A stretch of DNA of 64,000 bases. It comes from an uncultured cyanobacterium. Lineage in GTDB: Bacteria > Cyanobacteriota > Cyanobacteriia > PCC-9006 > JAAUQQ01. The translations under genes and the position numbers were made by a program. The stretch lies in contig OY970368.1 of assembly GCA_963718615.1 (NCBI GenBank), positions 5,792,001 through 5,856,000 on the forward strand. Reading direction: 5' to 3'. This document shows, piece after piece, positions 51,287 to 60,040 of this stretch; position 1 is the stretch's first letter; each line of letters begins with the position of its first letter. Below the pieces are notes generated by a model. That model saw only the letters and a list, made by a program, of their open reading frames with translations. It did no database searches and was not told the origin of the DNA.

Positions 51287-52507
51287 CTATGGGTATAGGG
51301 CGGCGATCGCCCCCACCAAGCCCTCAACCTCCGACTCCAAGGTCAAATAATGCACACAGGCACGCACGCAGTTAGGGTCCAGAATCAGCCGCACAAAATA
51401 CCCTTGGGCTTCGAGGGCGTTGACGAGGGCTCCATGCTGGCCAGACTGAACCGGACCGGACTGAAGCTGAAAGGACACGAGTCCGGATTCGGGTGGGGTT
51501 ACTCGCAGGCAGGTGATGTTGGGGAGTTGCTGAAGGTCCTGCCAGAGTTGTTGGCTCAACTTTAGGATGCGCTGGTGCCGCTGGGTTGCGTTGCCAACCT
51601 GGGATTGATGGGCGATCGCCTCACTCAACCCCGCATACAGCGGATAGGCAGAAGTCGCTACCTCATAGCGTTGGCCATTGGGTTTCCAGCCCGCCGGATG
51701 CCCCGTCGCGGAATAGTTGATGCCTCGCCAACCAATGAAGGTTGGGTGCAGTTCCTCCCGCGCGGCGGCACTGACATAAAGCCCGCCCACCCCCTCGGGA
51801 CCGCACCACCATTTGTGGCCGGTAAAGGCATAGAAATCCACATCCAGATCGATTAAATCCAGGGGCAAAACGCCAACGGACTGGGCGGCATCGACCAACA
51901 CGCGAATAGGGCGCTGGGCGGAAAAATTGCGGCAAGTTGCCATAACCGCCTTTAGCGGTAGTACCTGTCCCGTATTCCAGAGAATATGGCTAATTACCAC
52001 CAGACGAGTCCGGGGCCGCAGATGTTCGCCGATAATTGCCGCAGGGTCGCCACGGTTGAGGGTTTCGAGTAGGGGGCAGGTCGACACCACTAGGCCAAAC
52101 CGACGCTGCAGTTCTGCGACGGCGGCAATAATGCCGGGGTGCTCGCAATCCGAGAGCAAAATGTGGTCCCCCGGCTGCCAGTCCAGGCCCCAGAGGGGAA
52201 TATTGCAGCCAACGGTAACATCCTCCGTCAGCGTAAGGGTGTCCGCCGGGACTTGGAGTTCCTGGGCAATGCGATCGCGCAACTCCTCCCGAATCTCTTC
52301 CACCCAACGGTTCACGGCCCCAGAAAAGGGACCTATCTCCTGAATTTTTCGATAGGTCTCCAGAATCGTCTCCAAGGACAACTGGGCCAGCGGGCCTTGG
52401 CCCCCGTAGTTAAAATACTGTTTGTTCGCTAGACCCGGAAAGTCACGGCGATGGGCTTGCAGTGCTAAATCGGTCATCGCTAGGGCTGTGAGAAACTCCG
52501 TTGGCAT
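51287..52507 (-). CDS. Class V PLP enzyme, L-cysteine/cystine lyase (C-DES-like)
   Basis: YFNYGGQGP, DCEHPG, SHILWNTG, DAAQS, FTGHKW, RACVHYLT. Confidence 0.88.
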   Translation of the reverse strand: MPTEFLTALAMTDLALQAHRRDFPGLANKQYFNYGGQGPLAQLSLETILETYRKIQEIGPFSGAVNRWVEEIREELRDRIAQELQVPADTLTLTEDVTVGCNIPLWGLDWQPGDHILLSDCEHPGIIAAVAELQRRFGLVVSTCPLLETLNRGDPAAIIGEHLRPRTRLVVISHILWNTGQVLPLKAVMATCRNFSAQRPIRVLVDAAQSVGVLPLDLIDLDVDFYAFTGHKWWCGPEGVGGLYVSAAAREELHPTFIGWRGINYSATGHPAGWKPNGQRYEVATSAYPLYAGLSEAIAHQSQVGNATQRHQRILKLSQQLWQDLQQLPNITCLRVTPPESGLVSFQLQSGPVQSGQHGALVNALEAQGYFVRLILDPNCVRACVHYLTLESEVEGLVGAIAALYP

Positions 52508-52524
52508 CGTGTTAGTTCGAGGCG

Positions 52525-53154
52525 CTAGTTCGAGGCGGCTCCGCTCTGCACCAGCAAGGCTTGCAGCTGAGCGCGAATGGTTTCGATGCGCTGGCGATTG
52601 ACGCCGAGGTCAGATTCCCCCAGACGAGAAGCCGATCGCACCTCGATTTCTGGGCGATCGGCTGGGAGATAAAACTCCACATCATCCACAAACCCCATCC
52701 ACCGACTCGTAAATTCTGCGTAGAGATAGCCATCCTCCGCTCGAATCACCTCCGCCCGCTCCGAATCATCGATCACCTGCTTGAGCGCCACCATCGCCTT
52801 GGCCATCGAGACGTTGTAGGTCAGCGGGGCAATGCGATGGGTTGGATCGGCGCTTTGGCTACTGACGCAGTTGGGGGTTTCAGGGCAGGGAGCAAGCTGG
52901 CCTGCGTGGGATCCCAGGGTATCGGGGCGATCGCCCGCGAAGTGAAAGGCACTAGTCCCGGCCACAGCCAGGAGAGGCGTCGAACCTGCGGGGGTGGCCC
53001 AGGCATTCCCCAGACCGAGGCTGATCGACAGGACTAAGGCAAGACTGAGGAACAACAAAAATTTCACGGCGGCCCACGGGTTAAGGGTCCAGAGTTTGAC
53101 CAATACTGGCTTGAGTAAAACCATCGGTGTTACGGTCACGTTGAGTAAAACCAT
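52525..53154 (-). CDS. DUF1499 domain protein
   Basis: LAPCPETPNCVSSQ, GFVDDVEF, VRSASRLGESDLGVNRQRIE; start uncertain (ATG 53154 or 53124). Confidence 0.88.
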   Translation of the reverse strand: MVLLNVTVTPMVLLKPVLVKLWTLNPWAAVKFLLFLSLALVLSISLGLGNAWATPAGSTPLLAVAGTSAFHFAGDRPDTLGSHAGQLAPCPETPNCVSSQSADPTHRIAPLTYNVSMAKAMVALKQVIDDSERAEVIRAEDGYLYAEFTSRWMGFVDDVEFYLPADRPEIEVRSASRLGESDLGVNRQRIETIRAQLQALLVQSGAASN

Positions 53155-53279
53155 AGCAGACGTTGTTGGGTCGCGATCGCCCAGCCGCCCACAAAAAGAC
53201 GCAGCATCCCCAGGGAGAGTCGCTGCGCCGTACCATAGAACCCTAAACTGGGTCGCTCTCAAGCTTGAAACGAGGGGGT

Positions 53280-54278
53280 CTAGTCTTTGTAAAGCACCCG
53301 TGCATCCAACCCTTGATCCCGCAGGTATCTTTCCCATTCCTCCGCAATGCCCCGATTGGGAAACGCCCCTGCTTGGATATAGGGACCCCGACGAGGATCC
53401 TTCGTCTGGAAGGCATCGGGAACAAATTGCCGCACTTTGGTTATTAAGCTCCAGCCATCTCCCGGAATCGCGATCAAATAGGGATTGAGTGTGGGGATGG
53501 CACTGCTTGGGGGTGTGAACCCTGGCTGGGGGGGCAGGGTCGCCGGAAACTGACTCGGCACAGAGTTCGGCACATAGGTAATACAGGTCGGAATCCCCGC
53601 TGATCCCAAGGGAACGCGCCCTGCCGAGGGATCGGGCAAGGCCACTTGCATGACTTGGTCACCGCAGACGCGGTTAAACGAAGTATTAACTTGATCCAAT
53701 GTCACCCGATTGACCTGCCGATTAGGGGGATATTGATAGGTGCGCTGAAAGGCTTCCAGGGCATCTCCAGTCATTGCACCTGGGATACCATCAATCCCAC
53801 CTGTGTCGTAACCCAGCGCCACCAGCCGAGACTGTAGCGTTTGGACATCGCCATAGCTCAGACCATTGATGGGTGCGGTTGGACTATCCCCGCCCTGACC
53901 ACACAACCCCAATTGGGCCAAAGTTTGGGGTCCGGCAACGCCATCTTGAAACAAGCCCCGAGCCGCTTGCAGTCGATAGACGGCTTCGATGGTGGGTTGG
54001 CCGTAGTAGCTCGTTGCCAAGTGAGCGTCGAGGTAGCCCAAGCGAACGAGTTGGTCTTGGAGGGTTTTGACCCCATTGCCCTGGGCTCCCATATTTAGAA
54101 GCGGACAGGTGGTTTGGGCTTGGGCGGGTCGGGTGAAGCCGGTTTGAGGAAGCGTTGCGATCGCCCCCCCCAAAGCCGTCACCGTTAAAGCAGACAGCGC
54201 CCAGTGTTGAAGCTTAGTCAGGTGAAGCTTAGGCAATGGAATAGGATGCACGGTAGATGCGAAAAGAGAGAAAACCAT
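53280..54278 (-). CDS. Secreted peptidoglycan-binding domain protein (two PG_binding_1 domains, SPOR-like C-terminus)
   Basis: Signal peptide ending AQA, VKTLQDQLVRLGY, DGVAGPQT, LQSRLVALGY..GGIDG, YIQAGAF. Confidence 0.85.
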   Translation of the reverse strand: MVFSLFASTVHPIPLPKLHLTKLQHWALSALTVTALGGAIATLPQTGFTRPAQAQTTCPLLNMGAQGNGVKTLQDQLVRLGYLDAHLATSYYGQPTIEAVYRLQAARGLFQDGVAGPQTLAQLGLCGQGGDSPTAPINGLSYGDVQTLQSRLVALGYDTGGIDGIPGAMTGDALEAFQRTYQYPPNRQVNRVTLDQVNTSFNRVCGDQVMQVALPDPSAGRVPLGSAGIPTCITYVPNSVPSQFPATLPPQPGFTPPSSAIPTLNPYLIAIPGDGWSLITKVRQFVPDAFQTKDPRRGPYIQAGAFPNRGIAEEWERYLRDQGLDARVLYKD

Positions 54279-54438
54279 AGGTTGATTCTGAGGTAGACGG
54301 CATCGAAACGAGACTTCGGACGTTCCGTTCGTGTGAGGGACGAAGAACCAAATCTACAGGGTTATTTTGCTAGCCCTGACTCAATTTTATTTCATACACC
54401 TAGATAATTCCCAATTCCGCATCTAGAGCGCCGCGATC

Positions 54439-54636
54439 CTAAAGCGTCTCGGCCACGGTGTAGCCTGCCGCTGTAATCACTTGCTTGGCCGCCTCTTCCG
54501 ACAAATCCCCGCTGACTTCCACCGTCTTGTCCGCTAGATTTGTGATCACTTGGGTTTGCGGTACCGTGCTCTGCAACGCCGCCTTAATCTTCGTCGCACA
54601 AGCACCACAGGCCATATCTGGCACCTTAAATTTCAT
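54439..54636 (-). CDS. Heavy-metal-associated domain metallochaperone (CopZ/Atx1-like)
   Basis: VPDMACGAC motif, AAGY; start at ATG 54636. Confidence 0.88.
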   Translation of the reverse strand: MKFKVPDMACGACATKIKAALQSTVPQTQVITNLADKTVEVSGDLSEEAAKQVITAAGYTVAETL

Positions 54637-54902
54637 TGAATCTTGCTCCAGCATTTTTTCACCAACTGCCTGCATCCGGAAGGTCAGAAAAGGGCCTCCC
54701 TCAAAAGCTTATAAAGGCCCTCTGCGAGCACACTTGATTTCCTCGGCAGAGTAACAAATCTTTATGTGTCCCCCTCCAATCCGAGGGCTATTCTAGGGGA
54801 AGTTTGAATAAGCAAGTATACTGCCCTCTACCGCGCCTAGGTCTTGTCCTCAGAGCGGTTGAGCGGTTCTCCATTGAACGCTGATATCGAAGGAGATTTT
54901 TT

Positions 54903-55109
54903 ATGGTTGATCGCGGCTCTAAGGTTCGGATTCTGCGTCCAGAATCGTACTGGTACCGGGATGTCGGTACGGTGGCTTCCGTTGATAAAAGTGGCATTAA
55001 GTATCCCGTTGTCGTCCGTTTCGACAAAGTTAATTACGCGGGTGTCAATACCAATAACTTCTCAGCCGAAGAACTTGAAGTTGTGGAAGCGGCCAAGAAA
55101 AAAGGCTAA
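54903..55109 (+). CDS. psaE: Photosystem I subunit IV
   Basis: [15 protein letters not shown]...[20 protein letters not shown]. Confidence 0.98.
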   Translation: MVDRGSKVRILRPESYWYRDVGTVASVDKSGIKYPVVVRFDKVNYAGVNTNNFSAEELEVVEAAKKKG

Positions 55110-55174
55110 GTTACCAGACTTCAGCGCCTTTGCGATTCTCCACAGAACTCTCTGAATGAAGGTTTGCAAAAGCG

Positions 55175-55212
55175 AAAGCGGGATTGTTCGATTTGAGCAA
55201 TCCCGCTTTTTG
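55175..55212. terminator. Intrinsic terminator after psaE (probably bidirectional)
   Basis: aaagcgggattg...caatcccgctttt. Confidence 0.8.
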
Positions 55213-55280
55213 TTCAAGCTCTGATGGCCAGGGCTTGGGAACGAGACTCCAATTCTCTTAGGAATCCCCAAAGGAATCCC

Positions 55281-55970
55281 CTAAGGACTCTCCGCTTGTT
55301 CACGAATGACGGCTTGGGCTAGGTCGATAAAATGGTCGCCTAGGGAGGCCCGAAGACCGAGCAAAATTGATTTGTTCATGATCTGGACTTCCCCATGAGC
55401 CATCTCAATCATCAGGCGGCTCAACCAAGTCTCGGGGGTCAGGACCATGACGAGCGTTGTTTCTGGCTGGATCTGTCTAGCCAGGATCCTCAGTTCTTCA
55501 TAGGTCACGCCAATTTCTGCTAGGTTTTCCACCAAAATTTCGACGGCGAGACCGCCCACATGGAATGGCACGGTTCCGAGTTCGCCCAGGGGATTGAAGA
55601 GCGCCACAAGGGAAGCGGTTAGCCCATCGATAATGCCGCCTTCCGACAGATTCCAATCGACGATTTGGCGGGTGAGGAAGCGACCGTTGAGAGTTTTGCT
55701 GAGTACAGCGGTACTGGCGAGGGCGATCGCCCGTTCTTGCTGTAATCGTTCAAGGGATTTCAAAACCCATTTGGCGATTTCTTCGGTGGAATAAACGCCA
55801 ATTAGCAATTCCAGAGAATTGCGAGCTGTAGAAGCAGTCACCGGACGACGCCTCCAAGGGAATTCGGAACAGAACGACCCGTTACGATCGGGTACGACTG
55901 GGAGCGCCTGCGCCGCATAACCAGACCAGAGAGGGTCTGAAAAGCCTGGATCTGGACCAAGTGAAAGCAT
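55281..55970 (-). CDS. Divergent DUF1269-like protein
   Basis: Resembles DUF1269 layout (LAEIGV..EELRILARQIQPETTLVMVL); start uncertain. Confidence 0.55.
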   Translation of the reverse strand: MLSLGPDPGFSDPLWSGYAAQALPVVPDRNGSFCSEFPWRRRPVTASTARNSLELLIGVYSTEEIAKWVLKSLERLQQERAIALASTAVLSKTLNGRFLTRQIVDWNLSEGGIIDGLTASLVALFNPLGELGTVPFHVGGLAVEILVENLAEIGVTYEELRILARQIQPETTLVMVLTPETWLSRLMIEMAHGEVQIMNKSILLGLRASLGDHFIDLAQAVIREQAESP

Positions 55971-56305
55971 GGAAAGTTAACCGCAAAGGACAGAGCAGGA
56001 AACACAGCAGATGGCCAGTAATCAACGCAATAATCAACGCAACCGGAAGTCCCAGTTCCTCCTTAGACTAAAAGCAATGGCAACAAACGTCTGTGGGGAA
56101 AATGTGAGGCGTTTGGGGGCCATGGGCCACATTACAGACTCCTTGGGAGCAGTTCGGTACGAGTTCGTACCGAGAACTTACATGTACTCCCATAACAATC
56201 AAGTACTCCCATAACAATGTGGGGAAAAGGTGGGTGGAGGACAGATCAAGGGCTGTAGGCATCGGTTAATCTCGACCATGGGACTCGATCCGGAGGGGCA
56301 GGGGC

Positions 56306-59300
56306 ATGGCTGGCTTCAGTGCCCATGAAGCATGGGCGATTTTGGAAACGCGATTACCGCCGGGCAGTTTGAATGCCATCAAGGAAATTGTTTTTGAGCA
56401 ATCCTGGGCAGGGCGGGGGTATGGGGCGATCGCCGAGACTGCCGGGTACGATGCTGACTACGTGCGGGAATCGGGCTCTAGCCTCTGGCGCAGCATTTCT
56501 GAATTGCTCGGGGAAAAAGTCACCAAACGCAACTTTCGGGCGTTGTTGCTCCAGCGGTTGCAGGAGGATTTGCTTGCGGGGGGGGCTGCGATCGCCCCTG
56601 CCCTTATCCCTGAAGTTGTGCCCGCTACATCTAACCTATCCAATAGCCTATCTGATTTGGGCCGCTGCGACTGGGGGGAAGCCCCGGATGTAACGACGTT
56701 TTATGGGCGGGAGGCGGAGCTGGCTGAGTTGCGGCAGGCGATCGCCCGTAAACCTGAAATGCCTTGCCGTTTGGTAGCGGTGTTGGGTCTAGGGGGCATG
56801 GGCAAAACCCATCTGGTGACCCAGGCTGCCCAGCGGTTTCAGGGGGAGTTTGATCGGGTGGTGTGGCGATCGCTGCGCAATGCCCCCTTCCTGACGACCT
56901 TGGTCCACGATTTGCTAGCGATCCTCTCGGATCAGCAGGTGGTGGAAGGACGGGTGACAACCTTGTTGAACTATCTGCGACGGTTGCGCTGCCTGGTCAT
57001 TTTGGACAATGTGGAGACGGTTCTCGAGCCCGGAACCACAGGGGTGTATCGCAGCGGCTACGAAGACTACGGCAATTTATTGCGCACCTGGGGCGAGGTG
57101 GCCCACCGCAGTTGTTTGCTCCTCACCAGTCGGGAGAAACCGCCGGAAGTAGCGCTGCTGGAGGGGGAAGACTTGCCGGTGAAGGTGATGATCCTGCGCG
57201 GAGCCCCAGGAATCGCCCAGGCGCTGATCCGGGATCGGGGGCTGCAAGGAACGGAGGTGGAGCAGCAGGCGTTGGCGCGGCGCTGTGGGGATAGCCCCTT
57301 GGCGATCAAGCTGGTGGCGACGTCGATTCGAGATTTATTTGGAGGCGAAATTGCCCCGTTCCTCGCGGAGGGGTTGCCGTCCTTTGAGGGGCTTCGGCGG
57401 CTGATTGCCCAGCAGATGGAGCGGCTTTCCCCCCTAGAGCACCGGATTTTGACCTGGTTGGCGATTAATCGTCAGGCGACAAGCTTGGCGGAACTGGATC
57501 GGGATTTGGTGCCGAAGGTTCCTAAACATGAAATCTTTGCCAGTTTGGAAGCGTTGACTTGGCGATCGCTCGTCGAAATCCAGGCCGGTCAATACAGCCT
57601 ACAGCCGGTGCTCATGGACTATCTCACCGCCGAACTCATCGACCAAGTCTGTCGAGAGCTGGCCCAGGCGGACCTGAGCGATTGGTTGGGGCAGAGCTGC
57701 AAAGCCTTTGAATTTGATGCACCGTTGCCCTATCTCTATACCCATGTGTTGGTCAAAGCCGCTGCTCCCGAGCATATTCGCCAGAGCCAGCGCCAGCTGA
57801 TTGTTCAGCCCACGGTGCAGCGGTTGCGCCAGGTCTTGCGGCTGCCGGCCCAGCAGCGGCTGCGGCTTCAGGCGTTGCTCAAGCTGCTGAAAGGACGTGG
57901 GATTGCGGCGTCGGGGTATGTGGCGGGCAATTTGCTGACGTTGGCGATTCATCTGGACCTGGATTTGGCGGGGTTGGACTGTTCGCGGCTGACGTTTCGC
58001 CAGATGGATTTGCGTCGAGCCCCCTTGCAGCGGGTGAATTTTTCGGGGTCGGAATTTTGGGAATGTGTGTTTACCCAGGGCTTTGGCAGTATTTTTAGCG
58101 TCGATCATTGTCCTGTGGGCGATCGCGTCGCCAGCGGCGATAGCCAAGGCCAAATCCAGCTTTGGGACGGCCAGGGACAATTGCTCCATACCTATGGGGG
58201 GCATCGGGGTCGAATCCATAGTCTGACCTTTAGTCCCGATGGACAACTGTTGGCCACCGGGGGAGATGATGGCCAAATTCGCATTTGGAATGTCGACAAT
58301 CAGACGCTGGAAGCCGCTTGGGAGGGACATCAACGGTTTGTTTGGTCCTTGGCTTGGAGCCCGGATGGAACCTTGCTGGCCAGTGGAGGGGGCGATCGCC
58401 GGGTGCGATTGTGGGATACGGAAACGGGCGACTGTCTCAAGGTGATTGAAAGTGCCAGCAGTTGGATTCAGGCGGTGGCATTTCATCCCGAGGGTACGCT
58501 CCTCGCCACGGGCAGCGACGACTGTGCCGTCCGGCTTTGGGATATTCCCAGTGGCCAATACCTAGGAGCGCTCCTGGGTCATGACCGTTGGGTTTGTACG
58601 GTGGCCTTTAGTCCTGACGGGACCCACCTCGCCAGCGGTAGCCATGACCGCACAGTGCGCATCTGGGATGTGGATACGGGCTCCTGTTTGCAAGTGCTCA
58701 AGGGCCACACGGGACTGGTCCGAACAGTCCTGTTTAGTCCAGAAGGCTCCCGGCTGGCGAGCACCAGCAGCGACCAGTCCATCCGTCTCTGGGATGCCAC
58801 CACCTTTCAATGTCTGCGGACGCTGACCGAGCACATTGGCTGGGTTCAGGATGTGGCCTTTAGCCCCAATGGCCAAACCCTCGTCAGCGGCGGCCATGAC
58901 CAAACCCTACGCCGCTGGGACTTGACCACCGGAGCCTGTCTGGATATTCAAGTGGGCTATGTGCGCAGCGTTCGCACGGTGGATTGGCAGGCGGAGGGGC
59001 GGCGGCTGGCCACCTGTAGCAGTGATCATGCGGTTCGACTCTGGTCGGCACCGGCTGACGCGGCGAAGCTCCAGGACGGGACAATTCCAGCGCTGGTCAA
59101 TGATGTGACGCTGGTCGACGCAGACCAAAGTGGATTTTGGATTGCCCTTTGGAGTCCGGGTGGCAATTATTTAGCGACGGGAAGCAAAGACCATCGCCTG
59201 CGGCTTTGGGATAGCCACAGCGGTCGGTTGCTCCAACGGCTTGAGGGCCATAGCTGTTGGGTTTGTGCGTTGCGGTTTAGCCCCGATGGGACTCGGCTGG

Positions 59301-60040
59301 TGAGTGGCAGTTCGGATAGGACCTTGCGCATTTGGGAGGTGGCAACGGGCCAATGTTTGCAGGTGTTGACGGGCCATAGCAGTCGGATTTGTTCGGTGGC
59401 GTTTAGTCCCGATGGGCGATCGCTCGTCAGTGGCGGGGCCGACTACAGCATTCGCCTATGGGATGGCCAAACGGGGGACTATCAACGACCGTTCCAAGGC
59501 CATCAAGACCTGGTGACAGCGGTTCGGATTAGTCCGGATAATCGGTTGTTGGCCAGCGGTAGTTTAGATGGCACCCTGAAGCTGTGGGATTTGGCGACGG
59601 GGACTTGCTTGACAACGCTGGAGGGCTATCATCGCGGCATTACCGGTTTGGCTTGGAATCCCCAGGGGGCAGCGGCAGGGGCAATCCAGCTCTGTACCTG
59701 TGGCACCGAGGGGCAGGTGTTGGGCTGGGCGGTCAGTGACTTGCTCCAAGGCGAAACGAGGCCGATCCAGCAGCCCTTGGCCCAGCAGAATCGCGTCATC
59801 TGGGACATTGCCTTTCGCTGCGATGGGCAGGTCTTGGCAGGGGCCTGTGATGATGGGACGACGCTACTCTGGGCCTGTTCGCCGTCGGCCACGGGCTCTG
59901 CGCAGCCGGTGCAATTGTTGATTCCGGAAGGTCCCTATGAGCAGATGCAAATTGCCCATGTGCAGGGGTTAACCGAGGCCCAGCGGCAGACGCTTGAACG
60001 GTTGGGGGCGACGAGTGAGCCGTCGGGAGGGCAAGGATGA
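56306..60040 (+). CDS. STAND NTPase: N-terminal HTH-like + NB-ARC + pentapeptide + WD40 repeats
   Basis: DWGEAPD..FYGRE.EL, GLGGMGKT, LVILDNVE, LLLTSRE, ~14 GH...WD repeats, C-terminal PYE.M.I..V.GLTEAQ..TL..LGA. Confidence 0.93.
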   Translation: MAGFSAHEAWAILETRLPPGSLNAIKEIVFEQSWAGRGYGAIAETAGYDADYVRESGSSLWRSISELLGEKVTKRNFRALLLQRLQEDLLAGGAAIAPALIPEVVPATSNLSNSLSDLGRCDWGEAPDVTTFYGREAELAELRQAIARKPEMPCRLVAVLGLGGMGKTHLVTQAAQRFQGEFDRVVWRSLRNAPFLTTLVHDLLAILSDQQVVEGRVTTLLNYLRRLRCLVILDNVETVLEPGTTGVYRSGYEDYGNLLRTWGEVAHRSCLLLTSREKPPEVALLEGEDLPVKVMILRGAPGIAQALIRDRGLQGTEVEQQALARRCGDSPLAIKLVATSIRDLFGGEIAPFLAEGLPSFEGLRRLIAQQMERLSPLEHRILTWLAINRQATSLAELDRDLVPKVPKHEIFASLEALTWRSLVEIQAGQYSLQPVLMDYLTAELIDQVCRELAQADLSDWLGQSCKAFEFDAPLPYLYTHVLVKAAAPEHIRQSQRQLIVQPTVQRLRQVLRLPAQQRLRLQALLKLLKGRGIAASGYVAGNLLTLAIHLDLDLAGLDCSRLTFRQMDLRRAPLQRVNFSGSEFWECVFTQGFGSIFSVDHCPVGDRVASGDSQGQIQLWDGQGQLLHTYGGHRGRIHSLTFSPDGQLLATGGDDGQIRIWNVDNQTLEAAWEGHQRFVWSLAWSPDGTLLASGGGDRRVRLWDTETGDCLKVIESASSWIQAVAFHPEGTLLATGSDDCAVRLWDIPSGQYLGALLGHDRWVCTVAFSPDGTHLASGSHDRTVRIWDVDTGSCLQVLKGHTGLVRTVLFSPEGSRLASTSSDQSIRLWDATTFQCLRTLTEHIGWVQDVAFSPNGQTLVSGGHDQTLRRWDLTTGACLDIQVGYVRSVRTVDWQAEGRRLATCSSDHAVRLWSAPADAAKLQDGTIPALVNDVTLVDADQSGFWIALWSPGGNYLATGSKDHRLRLWDSHSGRLLQRLEGHSCWVCALRFSPDGTRLVSGSSDRTLRIWEVATGQCLQVLTGHSSRICSVAFSPDGRSLVSGGADYSIRLWDGQTGDYQRPFQGHQDLVTAVRISPDNRLLASGSLDGTLKLWDLATGTCLTTLEGYHRGITGLAWNPQGAAAGAIQLCTCGTEGQVLGWAVSDLLQGETRPIQQPLAQQNRVIWDIAFRCDGQVLAGACDDGTTLLWACSPSATGSAQPVQLLIPEGPYEQMQIAHVQGLTEAQRQTLERLGATSEPSGGQG

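Noticed and set aside
54280-54430. c-di-AMP (ydaO) riboswitch upstream of the peptidoglycan-binding gene
   Set aside because: I could not find the conserved GCTGAA/GGGGGA/TCAGC elements by eye; an Infernal search would settle it
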